Origin: Candidatus Poriferisocius sp.
Lineage (GTDB): Bacteria; Actinomycetota; Acidimicrobiia; Acidimicrobiales; Bin134
Reading direction: 5' to 3'
DNA length: 64,000 bases
Assembly (NCBI RefSeq): GCF_965208475.1
Contig: NZ_OZ242338.1
Coordinates: 449,452 to 513,451 of the forward strand
A model generated the notes under the pieces. The model had not been told where the DNA came from. It saw only the letters and a list, made by a program, of their open reading frames with translations, and ran no database searches. Every line of letters begins with the position of its first letter. The stretch's first letter is position 1. The translations under genes and the position numbers were made by a program. This document shows positions 9,701 through 18,676 of the stretch, piece after piece.

Positions 9701-11188
9701 TCAGCCGCTTCGGATCGGTTGGAGACCGATGTCGTCGAGGCTGGGTTTGGCGGCCAGCGTGGCCAGATGGCGCACGATCTGCTCTTCCAGGCCACCGATG
9801 GCCCGGTTGTCGTCTGCGCCGGGCTGGTTGGCAATGAAGGCAAACGTCATTTCTTGGCCCCTGCCGATGTCGATGTAGCCCATCATCGCCGTGACGTTCG
9901 ACGCTCCGCCCGAGAAGGCAGTGATCCGTCCTGGATCGGTGACTCCGCCAAACCGATCCCGAAGCGGGCCGGCTTCAGCCGCGGTGGGGAGGAGTTCGTG
10001 GAACAGCGGGCTGAACTCCGCGCTGTCCAACAGCGAGGTGAACACCGGGCAGGTCGCCACGTTGGCCGGATCGATTCCCGAGCCGTCGAACTGGAGAAGC
10101 TGGAGCTGGTCGACTTCGATCCCCGCATCGTTGAGCGTGTTCTCTACCGCTTGGAATCCGGCGATGGTGCTGCCGGTTCCCGACGCAGCCAGACCGATCT
10201 CCTTGAGCAGAAGCTCGGTGGTCTCGATGTCTCGGTTGGCGAGGATCTGGCGGTAGTGGTCTGAGAGCGGCGCCGACTCGATCGACGCCAACAGGTAGGC
10301 CTCCTCGTCTTCGGGCACCGCTTCGGAGCGGGGGCTTCGGCGGATGACCACGTCGCGGGCTTCGAGCATGTCGTCGAACAGCGCGGCCGCGTAGAACGGC
10401 GGATCCTCTGCCGACAGATAGGCGTTAGCCCCGTCTTGCTCCCCGGTCCCGTCAGCCTCATCGGCTGCCGGCTGCGGTTCCGAGACCGGGAACTGCACCC
10501 AGCCGTCGTCGAATTGCAGTGCTAGCTGAGTGCCGATCTTCTCGGAGTCGATGATGTTCTCCGGCCAGGACGGGACATAGCGGAGGTCGTCATAGCGGGT
10601 GGCGTCTCCGACCACCGCACCGGTGACCAGGCTCAAACCGTCATCCACCAGCACCTGGGCCAGGTCTTCGACCGGAGTATGAAGCCGGTCTTGGCCTTGC
10701 GCCGGCGTTGCCAGGAATTCCTCGGTGAACAGCAGCGGATCGCCCCCGCCCACCAAGTAGATGTCTCCGTTCACCACCCCCCCGTCCATCGGAACGGTGG
10801 ATTGGACCGAAGTGGTGAACCTGTGATCAGGGCCGAGCACCTCATTCGCTGTGGCCAAGGTGAGCAAGACCAGGCCTTCAGAGGGCATTACCTGGGTGTT
10901 GGCGCCGCTCTCGTAAAACGGGGGGACGCGGTCGTCCAAGTTGACGGAGAGACAGGCAGCCGCAGGGGCGGTGGCCATCAGGTTGTCCAGAGTGGTGAAG
11001 AAGTCAGGCTCGGTCAGCGACGGGGTCAGCAGCTCCCGCAACCGGAGGGTGGAGATGAGGGGTGTGCCCACTCCGGGAGGGGCCGTGTCGTCGGCCACCA
11101 CTTCGCCGAGGTTCTCGTGCAGCCGGTCGCTCAGATAGTTGGAGCCGACAAGTGACCCGAGGGCGACCGCCAACAGCAAAAGAGGCAT
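9701..11188 (-). CDS. D-Ala-D-Ala carboxypeptidase/endopeptidase (PBP4, peptidase S13)-like secreted protein, possibly non-catalytic
   Basis: Start moved to ATG 11188 (MPLLLLAVALGSLVG signal/TM), because the track ORF N-terminus is a Pro-rich alternate-frame extension. GDIYLVGGGDPLL and FDGSGIDPANV resemble PBP4. The SxxK, SxN and KTG positions look substituted. Confidence 0.7.
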   Translation of the reverse strand: MPLLLLAVALGSLVGSNYLSDRLHENLGEVVADDTAPPGVGTPLISTLRLRELLTPSLTEPDFFTTLDNLMATAPAAACLSVNLDDRVPPFYESGANTQVMPSEGLVLLTLATANEVLGPDHRFTTSVQSTVPMDGGVVNGDIYLVGGGDPLLFTEEFLATPAQGQDRLHTPVEDLAQVLVDDGLSLVTGAVVGDATRYDDLRYVPSWPENIIDSEKIGTQLALQFDDGWVQFPVSEPQPAADEADGTGEQDGANAYLSAEDPPFYAAALFDDMLEARDVVIRRSPRSEAVPEDEEAYLLASIESAPLSDHYRQILANRDIETTELLLKEIGLAASGTGSTIAGFQAVENTLNDAGIEVDQLQLLQFDGSGIDPANVATCPVFTSLLDSAEFSPLFHELLPTAAEAGPLRDRFGGVTDPGRITAFSGGASNVTAMMGYIDIGRGQEMTFAFIANQPGADDNRAIGGLEEQIVRHLATLAAKPSLDDIGLQPIRSG

Positions 11189-11258
11189 CACGATTCGGCG
11201 CACCGCGGTAATCCTAGTGGTCCGTCTGGGAATTGGCGGGTGCGGATTGCGCCCCGGC

Positions 11259-12719
11259 TCATAGGTGGCGCTTGCGCCATCGGGCGTACCACCACAGGTG
11301 GTGCAGGGCCCGCACTGCTCGGTCGGCGGAGGGGAAGCAGTAGCGGTGTCCGCCGGCCAGTGCAGCCGGTCCGGAGTTGCCCGGCTGGGTGGCGGCCAGC
11401 TCGGTGGCGGCCAGGATGGGCTTGCCGGTTTGCGCCGAAGCCTCGATGGCGGCCTCGGCAAAGCGGCTGTCCTGGCGCTCGTGGTACTCGCAGATGCGGG
11501 CCAGCTCGGCTGAGCGGAAGTACGGGCCTGACCGCAGATGGGAGGCGGTGTTGGCCTGTATGCCCATTCCCAGATAGACCACCGCGTCGACTTCAGGATG
11601 CTCGGCCGCCAGGTGGATCACCTCGCAGATGGTGTCGCGGCTCTCTCCCCCGGCCAGGTCAATGGGGTTGTGGCGGCTCCAGCGGGGCGGCACCAACCGG
11701 TCGATGGCCGTTTCCAGATCGGCGGGAAGGGGGATCAGCTCCAGGCCGGACTTCGACACCGCGTCGGCGGCGATGACGCCCCACCCCCCGGCGCTGGACA
11801 GCACAAGCGTGCGGGGACCGGCGGGCAGGGGCTGGGTGGCGAAGGCGGCGACGGCGTCGAACGCCTCTTCGACGGTGGCGGCCCGCACGGCGCCGCTCTG
11901 GCGCACCATGCCCTCGAATATCCGGTCGTCAGTGGCCAGAGCGCCGGTGTGGCTGGCCGCGGCCTGCATACCCCGAGGCGTGGTCCCTCCCTTGACCAGC
12001 ACCACCGGCTTCGCCTCAGACGCCTCCCGGATGGCCGTGGCGAATTGCCGGCCGTCGCCCACCCCCTCGACATAGGCAGCCATGGCCCGAGTATGGGGAT
12101 CGCCGGCGAACCAGCCCAGATAGTCGACCACTCCCACCATGGCCGCGTTGCCCGCGCTCACCGCCCGGCTGATGCCCACTCCGCAGTGGGCGGCGTAGTT
12201 CATGAACGCTGACACCAGGTTGCCCGACTGGCTGGCCACCGCGATGGGACCAGGGGGTGGAACCGGCGCCACGATCTGAGCGGCCAGCTTGGCCGGGGTG
12301 GAGATCAGCCCCTGCCCGTTGGGCCCGGCCACTGTCATGCCCAGCGAGCCGGCTAGACCGATCAGATCCTTCTCGGCCCGGGCGCCTTCGGAACCGGCCT
12401 CCCGGAAACCGCCTGAGGTGACAAAGGCCGCGCCGATGCCCCGGCTGGCCGCCGACCGCAAGATGTCGGCGCAGCTCTGAGGGGGCGTGCAGATCAGAAC
12501 CAGGTCGGCTGCCCCTGCGGGCACCTGTTCGACCGATGCCAGCGTGTCGAGCCCCAGGATGGTCGGCTGCTCGGGATTGGTGGCGAACACTGGCCCGTCG
12601 AATCCTCCCGCCAACACGTTGTGGAGGGCAACGAAGCCGAACTTCCCCGGATGGGTGGAGGCGCCGGCCACCACAATGCCCCGGGGATTGAACAGGAGAT
12701 CGAGCGGGGCCGGGCTCAT
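11259..12719 (-). CDS. ADP-forming acyl/acetyl-CoA synthetase, CoA-binding (alpha-like) subunit
   Basis: GIVVAGASTHPGKFGF CoA-binding Rossmann fold plus a succinyl-CoA-ligase-like flavodoxin domain. Overlaps the upstream ATP-grasp gene by ATGA. Confidence 0.85.
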   Translation of the reverse strand: MSPAPLDLLFNPRGIVVAGASTHPGKFGFVALHNVLAGGFDGPVFATNPEQPTILGLDTLASVEQVPAGAADLVLICTPPQSCADILRSAASRGIGAAFVTSGGFREAGSEGARAEKDLIGLAGSLGMTVAGPNGQGLISTPAKLAAQIVAPVPPPGPIAVASQSGNLVSAFMNYAAHCGVGISRAVSAGNAAMVGVVDYLGWFAGDPHTRAMAAYVEGVGDGRQFATAIREASEAKPVVLVKGGTTPRGMQAAASHTGALATDDRIFEGMVRQSGAVRAATVEEAFDAVAAFATQPLPAGPRTLVLSSAGGWGVIAADAVSKSGLELIPLPADLETAIDRLVPPRWSRHNPIDLAGGESRDTICEVIHLAAEHPEVDAVVYLGMGIQANTASHLRSGPYFRSAELARICEYHERQDSRFAEAAIEASAQTGKPILAATELAATQPGNSGPAALAGGHRYCFPSADRAVRALHHLWWYARWRKRHL

Positions 12720-13360
12720 GAGCCGCCCACCACAACCAGGGCGTCCACTGCCACCGGCCGGCCGTCGCGAATGACCAGGGGGTTGACATCGATGGCTTTG
12801 ATGCCGTCTCCGCCTCCCGCGACGGCCAGTCCCGATAAGGCGGCGGTCAGCGCGTCCCGATCCACCGCCGGCTCGCCCCGCAGCGGCCCCAGCAAAGCGG
12901 GGATCGCCAAGTCGTCGATCATGTCCTCACAGTCGGCCTCACTGGCGGGAAGCAGTCGGAACACCGCTTGGCCGATTGCCTCGGCCAGAACTCCGCCCAA
13001 GCCGAGCATGAGCGCGGGGCCGAACTGCTCGGTGACCACGATGCCGGCGATGAGCTCCCGATGCCCGGCCACCATCTCCGACACCAGCAAGGCCACCTCG
13101 CCGTCGTCTTCGGTGGACGCGGCCAAAAGGTCGTGGGCGGCGAGCCGCACCGCATCGGGCCCGTCCAGCCCAAGCCGCACCAGCCCCCGCTCGCTCTTGT
13201 GGGCCAGCGACGGGCCGCACAGCTTCAGGGCCACTGGGCCGCCGATGTCCGACGCCGCGGCCACCGCTTCGTCCGCCGATCCAGCCAGCCTGTCCCGGCT
13301 CACCACAACGCCGTGGTCAGCCAGGAGCCGCTTCGACTCGAACTCCGACAACGCCCCCAT
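12716..13360 (-). CDS. ADP-forming acyl-CoA synthetase, ATP-grasp (beta-like) subunit
   Basis: Start set at ATG 13360 (MGALSEFESKRLLADHGVVV..., ATP-grasp_5 pattern). The upstream part of track ORF 12716..13756 is not homologous to anything I recognise. Confidence 0.8.
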   Translation of the reverse strand: MGALSEFESKRLLADHGVVVSRDRLAGSADEAVAAASDIGGPVALKLCGPSLAHKSERGLVRLGLDGPDAVRLAAHDLLAASTEDDGEVALLVSEMVAGHRELIAGIVVTEQFGPALMLGLGGVLAEAIGQAVFRLLPASEADCEDMIDDLAIPALLGPLRGEPAVDRDALTAALSGLAVAGGGDGIKAIDVNPLVIRDGRPVAVDALVVVGGS

Positions 13361-13525
13361 CTCCGAACAAGCTACCCGCCCACCCTGCCCCCACTCACCC
13401 TGACGGCTGTTGGGAGGAATGAACCGCTGGGGTGATAGAACGTTATGTAACCCCTGTCCGTCCTCTATGGTCACACCCGTGGCTGCGCCAGTCAGCAGCC
13501 GCCTTCGACTTTTGGAGTTCAAGCT

Positions 13526-14278
13526 GTGCAGATAGTGATCGCGGTCGTCGTGGGACTCGCCCTCACCCAACTGGCCAATCTGGCCACCACTGTGTATCTG
13601 CACCGCGACTTGGCCCACAAGGCAGTGCAACTGCATCCCGCGCTCCGCAGCTTCTTCAAGGTGTTCTTGTGGGCGGCGACCGGTATCTCCGCCCGCCAGT
13701 GGGCCGCGGTCCACCGCAAGCACCATGCGTTCACCGATACCCCCGAAGATCCGCACTCCCCAGCCCGGCTGGGCTGGCTGCGAGTGCAGCTCACCAACGC
13801 CGCCCTATACCGGCGCTCGGCCCGCGATCCCCACACCACCGAGCGCTACGCCAAGGACATACCGGTCACAGTGCCCGACCGGTTGCTGCTCGGCCGTGGG
13901 ATCATCGGATTGGTCTTGGGGGTGGCCATTTTGATGTGGCTGTTGGGCTGGGTTCCCGGCGCGGTGGCCGCAGCAGTCCACACCGTGGGGTACATCGGCT
14001 TGGGAGGCTCGGTGAACGGGGTGGCCCACACTTTCGGGCGCCGCCCGTTCGACAACAGCGCCACCAACGTCACCTGGCTGGCCTGGCTGACCTGCGGCGA
14101 GGGCTATCACAACAACCACCACGCCGCCCCGACGTCAGCCCGCTTCGCCCGCCGCTGGCACCATTTCGACTTGGGATGGTGGTTCATCAGCGTGGCCAGC
14201 CGCCTGGGTTTGGCCCGGATTCGCCACGCCGATGTGGATGCTCTGGCCGCTCGCACAACGACTTCAGCTCAGGTTTGA
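13526..14278 (+). CDS. Membrane fatty-acid (acyl-CoA/lipid) desaturase
   Basis: Three His boxes (HRDLAH, HRKHH, HNNHH) with intervening TM segments. Confidence 0.88.
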   Translation: MQIVIAVVVGLALTQLANLATTVYLHRDLAHKAVQLHPALRSFFKVFLWAATGISARQWAAVHRKHHAFTDTPEDPHSPARLGWLRVQLTNAALYRRSARDPHTTERYAKDIPVTVPDRLLLGRGIIGLVLGVAILMWLLGWVPGAVAAAVHTVGYIGLGGSVNGVAHTFGRRPFDNSATNVTWLAWLTCGEGYHNNHHAAPTSARFARRWHHFDLGWWFISVASRLGLARIRHADVDALAARTTTSAQV

Positions 14279-14348
14279 GCCACCAGTCCCCTCCAGTTCT
14301 TCGTAGCAGAATGTTTTTTCCGCTGGCTGGGCGCTCCGCCGGGGTAGC

Positions 14349-15473
14349 GTGCGGAGAGTGAGCAGGTATGGGGCCGCTTTGTCCGAGCATCCCGACTCGG
14401 CCAGCGCCGTCGGCGAGGTGATCGGCGAGATTCTTGAGGCGGTGGGCCCCGCGCCGGACTTGGCCGTGCTGTTCGCCTCGGCGGCCCACCGCGACTCCAT
14501 CGGGGAGATGGCCGGTGCCATTCACCGAGTCCTGGCCCCGTCGGCCCTCGTCGGCGCCACCGCGGTGTCGGTGATCGGCGGCCCCTTGGAAGTGGAGGAG
14601 CGCCCGGCGGTCTCGCTTTGGGCCGCGGCCCGCTGTCCAGCCCGAGCGGTGCGGCTCGAAGCGGTCCGAAACCATGAGGGATGGGTCGTGGGCGGGATGC
14701 CGGACGACGCCCGAGGCACCCTGTTGGCCGTTCCCGACCCGTTCACCTTCCCCAACGAGGCCCTGTTGACGGCGGGGTCCGGGGTGACACTGGTGGGCGG
14801 GCTGGCCTCGGCCGCCAGTCGGCCGGGGGGCAACCGGCTGGTCCTCGATCGTGAGGTTTACGACGACGGTGCGGTGGGCGTGCTCCTAGACCCCGGCGTC
14901 GAGGTTCGCTCCGTGGTCTCCCAGGGATGCCGTCCCATCGGCCAGCCGTTCACGGTGACCAGATCCGAGGGCAATATCGTGGCCGAGATGGGCGGGCGCA
15001 CCGCGGTCGACCGGCTGCGGGAGACCTTGTTGGGACTGGAAGAAGGCGACCGGTCGCTGGTGGCCAACGGCCTGCATGTGGGCGTGGTGATCGATGAGCA
15101 CAAATCAGTGTTCGACCGGGGCGACTTTCTCATACGCGGGCTTATCGGCGCCGATGAGCAGACCGGCGCGCTGGCGGTGGGCGATGCGGTCGAGGTGGGC
15201 ACCACGGTTCAGTTCCAAGTGCGAGACGCCGCTACCGCCGACGAAGACCTGCGAGAGTTGATGGCCGATGCCTCGGCCGGTTCGGCCTTGGTGTTCACCT
15301 GCAACGGCCGGGGCACCCATTTGTTCGACGGCCCCGACCACGACGCTGCCGTGGTCCACGAGGCCCTAGAAAGGGTGCCGGTGGCCGGAATGTTCTGCGC
15401 CGGCGAGTTCGGGCCAATCGGCGGGCAAAATTTTCTCCACGGGTTCACCGCTTCAGTGGTGCTGTTCCCATGA
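14349..15473 (+). CDS. FIST-domain sensory protein
   Basis: FIST_N/FIST_C-like layout, ending ...GMFCAGEFGPIGGQNFLHGFTASVVLFP, which is typical of the FIST C domain. Confidence 0.78.
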   Translation: MRRVSRYGAALSEHPDSASAVGEVIGEILEAVGPAPDLAVLFASAAHRDSIGEMAGAIHRVLAPSALVGATAVSVIGGPLEVEERPAVSLWAAARCPARAVRLEAVRNHEGWVVGGMPDDARGTLLAVPDPFTFPNEALLTAGSGVTLVGGLASAASRPGGNRLVLDREVYDDGAVGVLLDPGVEVRSVVSQGCRPIGQPFTVTRSEGNIVAEMGGRTAVDRLRETLLGLEEGDRSLVANGLHVGVVIDEHKSVFDRGDFLIRGLIGADEQTGALAVGDAVEVGTTVQFQVRDAATADEDLRELMADASAGSALVFTCNGRGTHLFDGPDHDAAVVHEALERVPVAGMFCAGEFGPIGGQNFLHGFTASVVLFP

Positions 15474-15554
15474 TGGCGCGGCTGCAACTTCCTCCCCGGG
15501 CTCACCGCTTCGGTGGTGCTGGGCCCTTGGCCATCTGAAAGGATCAGAGCTTCT

Positions 15555-17537
15555 ATGGCCGCGTATCCCGCCGCTCTCGAAGCCCAGGGCATCAGCGTGA
15601 TCCGCGGCCTCGCTATGGATGCCCCTCACCAAGCCCGCTCTGGGCACCAGGGAACGGCCATGGCCATGGCCCCGCTGGCCCATGTGCTGTGGACCCGCGT
15701 CATGCGCTACGACGCCGACGACCCGGCATGGCCCGACCGCGACCGGTTCGTCCTCAGCTCCGGCCATGCCTCCATCCTGCTCTACTCGATGCTCCATTTG
15801 ACCGGTCAGGGACTCACCCTCGACGACCTGCGGGACTTCCGGCAGTGGGGAAGCCGCACCCCAGGACATCCCGAAGTCGGCCACACCCCGGGTGTAGAGG
15901 TCACGACCGGGCCTCTGGGCCAAGGGGTCGCCAACGCGGTGGGGATGGCGATGGCCGAGCGCTGGGTGCGCCACCGATTCGGCGCCGATGTCTGCGACCA
16001 CCGGATATTCGCCCTGTGCAGCGACGGCGACCTCTCCGAGGGAATCAGCCACGAGGCCGCATCGCTGGCCGGCCATCAGCGCCTCGATCGGCTGGTCTGC
16101 CTCTACGACGACAACCGGATCACCATCGATGGGGCCACTGATCTGGCCCTGTCCGACGACGCCGCCCAGCGATTTGCCGCCTATGGCTGGCACGTATCGG
16201 ACTTGGGCGAGGCGGCCGACGACCTCGACGCCCTGGAAGCGGGCATCCGGGAGGCCATGGCGGTGGACGACGCCCCGTCGATGATCATCGTGCGCAGCCA
16301 CGTCGCCTTTCCCTCCCCCGGCCAGACCGACAACCACGAGGCTCACGGCTACTCGCTGTTCGACGACGAGATTGCCGCTACCAAGGCGGTGATGGGGCTG
16401 CCGGCCGACGAGTCGTTCCATGTGCCCGCCGATGTGGTCGAGGCCTACCGGGCCGCCGGCCGCCGGGGTGCCGACGAGCGGGCTGCCTGGCAGCGGAGAG
16501 TGGAATCCCTCGGCGCCCAGCGCTCGGAGTATGAGGCCTGTCTGGGGGGCCGGGGCTTGGCCGGCTGGGAGCAGAAGCTGCCGTCGTGGTCGGCGGGTGA
16601 GTCGGTGGCCACCCGCAAAGCCAGCTCCGCCTGCCTCAACGCCATGGCCGACGTGGTCCCGGGCCTGGTTGCGGGCGGGGCCGACCTCACCGGCAATACC
16701 GGCACCAACCTGGCCGGCGCCGATCCGCTCAGCCCAATCCATCCTTCCGGTCGCCAGATCTACTTCGGCATCCGGGAGCACGCCATGGGCGCGGTGCTGA
16801 ACGGCGCCGCCTTGCACGGAGGGCTGGTGCCGGTGGGCGGAACCTTCCTGGTGTTCAGCGACTACATGCGGCCCGCGGTCCGCTTGGCCGCGCTGTCGGA
16901 CGCCCACAGCATCTTCGTTTGGAGCCACGACTCGGTGGGTGTCGGCGAGGACGGCCCCACTCACCAGCCGATCGAGCACGTTATGTCGCTGCGGGCTATT
17001 CCCGGTCTGCGGGTGTTCCGACCGGCCGACGGCAACGAGGTGGCCCAGGCATGGCGCCTGGCCGTGGACATGGACGGCCCCAGCGCCATGATCCTCACCC
17101 GCCAGAACGTGCCCACCCTGGAGGGCACCGCTGCCGCCGACGGGGTGGCCCGAGGCGCCTACACGTTGGTGGGAAGCCCCGATCCCGGCCTGATTCTGGT
17201 GGGCACCGGGAGCGAGGTGTCGGTGTGCGTGGCCGCCGCCGCGGCCTTGGAGGCCCAAGGCGTGGCCGCCCGAGTGGTCTCCATGCCCTGCTGGGAGCTG
17301 TTCGCGGCCCAGGATCCCGACTACCGAGCCGAGGTGCTCCTGCCCGGCGTGCCCAAGCTCTCGGTGGAGGCGGGGGTGACCCTGGGCTGGGAGCGGTGGG
17401 TGGACCTCCCGGTGGGCATCGACCGGTTCGGGGCCTCGGCGCCGGGCTCGGTGGTGCTGGACAAGCTGGGAATCAATGCCGCAAATGTCGCCGCCCAAGC
17501 CGCGGCGCTGATCGGAAGTTGGGAGCAACGGCGATGA
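15555..17537 (+). CDS. tkt: Transketolase
   Basis: SGHQGTAMAMAPL, GHPE..TPGVEVTTGPLGQG, TPP-binding and pyrimidine-binding domains. Start placed at ATG 15555 (AAAGGA about 12 nt upstream). The track start 15513 (GTG) lies inside a duplicated copy of the FIST 3' end. Confidence 0.93.
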   Translation: MAAYPAALEAQGISVIRGLAMDAPHQARSGHQGTAMAMAPLAHVLWTRVMRYDADDPAWPDRDRFVLSSGHASILLYSMLHLTGQGLTLDDLRDFRQWGSRTPGHPEVGHTPGVEVTTGPLGQGVANAVGMAMAERWVRHRFGADVCDHRIFALCSDGDLSEGISHEAASLAGHQRLDRLVCLYDDNRITIDGATDLALSDDAAQRFAAYGWHVSDLGEAADDLDALEAGIREAMAVDDAPSMIIVRSHVAFPSPGQTDNHEAHGYSLFDDEIAATKAVMGLPADESFHVPADVVEAYRAAGRRGADERAAWQRRVESLGAQRSEYEACLGGRGLAGWEQKLPSWSAGESVATRKASSACLNAMADVVPGLVAGGADLTGNTGTNLAGADPLSPIHPSGRQIYFGIREHAMGAVLNGAALHGGLVPVGGTFLVFSDYMRPAVRLAALSDAHSIFVWSHDSVGVGEDGPTHQPIEHVMSLRAIPGLRVFRPADGNEVAQAWRLAVDMDGPSAMILTRQNVPTLEGTAAADGVARGAYTLVGSPDPGLILVGTGSEVSVCVAAAAALEAQGVAARVVSMPCWELFAAQDPDYRAEVLLPGVPKLSVEAGVTLGWERWVDLPVGIDRFGASAPGSVVLDKLGINAANVAAQAAALIGSWEQRR

Positions 17538-18676
17538 GCATTCTCCACAACCTGTATAGCGACCACGGGCAGAGTCCGTGGCTGGACAACCTGCGCCGGG
17601 AGTGGATCCGAAACGGGGAGCTGGCCCGCTGGGTTGAGCGCGGGGTGAGGGGGCTCACCTCCAATCCCAGCATCTTCCAAAAGGCCATGACCGCAGGCCA
17701 CGACTACGACGAGCAGTTCGCCGGGCTGCTGTCCGACGGGCTGAGCGTGGTCGATGCCTACTGGGAGCTCGTGCTCACCGACATAGGCGGCGCCCTCGAC
17801 GCCCTCACCCCGGTTCATGAGGCCAGCGACGGCGTCGACGGCTTCGTCTCGGTGGAGGTAGATCCAAAGCTGGCCCACAACACCGATGGCACCCTGGCCG
17901 CCGCCCGGGCGCTCAGCCAGCGCATCGATCGCCCCAACCTGTACGTGAAGATTCCCGGCACTGCTGAGGGTCTGGCCGCCATTGAAGCCATGACTGCCGA
18001 GGGCCGGAGCGTAAATGTGACCCTTCTGTTCTCCCTGACCCGCTACGCCGATGTCGTCGAGGCCTACCTCTGTGGTCTGGAGGCTTGCGAGGGCGATCTG
18101 TCGTCGGTGTCTGGGGTGGCCTCGTTCTTCATCAGCCGCACCGACACCGAGGTGGATCGCCGGCTCGAGGCCATTGGCACCCCCGAAGCCCTGGCATTGC
18201 GGGGCCAGGCCGCAGTGGCCCAAGGACAAGTGGCCTACCAGATCTTCAAACGGAAGTTCTCCGGACCCCGCTGGGAGGCCCTGGCCGTCCGGGGGGCGCG
18301 GGTGCAAAGGCCGCTGTGGGCTTCCACCTCCACCAAGAACCCGGCTTATCCTGACACCCTCTATGTCGACCAGCTCATCGGACCGGACACCGTGAACACG
18401 CTGCCCGACGCAACTCTGGAGGCGTTCACCGACCACGGCACGCTGGCCCGCACCATAGACGCCCACCCCGACGCCGCCCGGGCCGTTCTGGATGGAGTCA
18501 CCGACGCCGGCGTGGATCTGGAAGCGGTGGCCGACCGGCTGGAAGACGAGGGGGTGTCGGCCTTCGTGAAATCATTCGACGATCTCTTGGAGAGCCTGAC
18601 CACCACCGCCGACCGATTGACGCAAGGCGCCGGCGCTGAACCCGGTGGTTCGGATCAAATGCAAGGCGCTCGGTGA
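17534..18676 (+). CDS. tal: Transaldolase (long actinobacterial type)
   Basis: MSILHNLYSDHGQSPWLDNLRR..., TSNPSIF, and the VKIP active-site Lys context. ATG overlaps the tkt stop (ATGA at 17534-17537). The track ORF 16919.. is an upstream alternate-frame extension. Confidence 0.92.
   Translation: MSILHNLYSDHGQSPWLDNLRREWIRNGELARWVERGVRGLTSNPSIFQKAMTAGHDYDEQFAGLLSDGLSVVDAYWELVLTDIGGALDALTPVHEASDGVDGFVSVEVDPKLAHNTDGTLAAARALSQRIDRPNLYVKIPGTAEGLAAIEAMTAEGRSVNVTLLFSLTRYADVVEAYLCGLEACEGDLSSVSGVASFFISRTDTEVDRRLEAIGTPEALALRGQAAVAQGQVAYQIFKRKFSGPRWEALAVRGARVQRPLWASTSTKNPAYPDTLYVDQLIGPDTVNTLPDATLEAFTDHGTLARTIDAHPDAARAVLDGVTDAGVDLEAVADRLEDEGVSAFVKSFDDLLESLTTTADRLTQGAGAEPGGSDQMQGAR

Noticed and set aside
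15453-17528. 691-aa ORF antisense to transketolase. Similar very long alternate-frame or antisense ORFs include 28015..29541, 29872..31281, 29933..31261, 41735..43552, 42688..44544, 48370..50112, 50722..52530, 52598..53731, 17321..18466 and 20073..21095.
   Set aside because: Their translations are Arg/Gly/Pro/His-rich low-complexity strings with no family resemblance. They overlap genes with strong motif support. Long stop-free alternate frames are expected in a genome this GC-rich.
16919-17533. N-terminal 205-aa extension of the transaldolase ORF. Similar extensions occur on ORFs 9701..11461, 12716..13756, 28186..29922, 33818..34861, 39746..41470, 62168..62905 and 54738..55610.
   Set aside because: The extensions overlap neighbouring well-supported genes or are Pro/Arg-rich nonsense. 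Internal starts with RBS or stop-start overlaps give proteins of canonical length.
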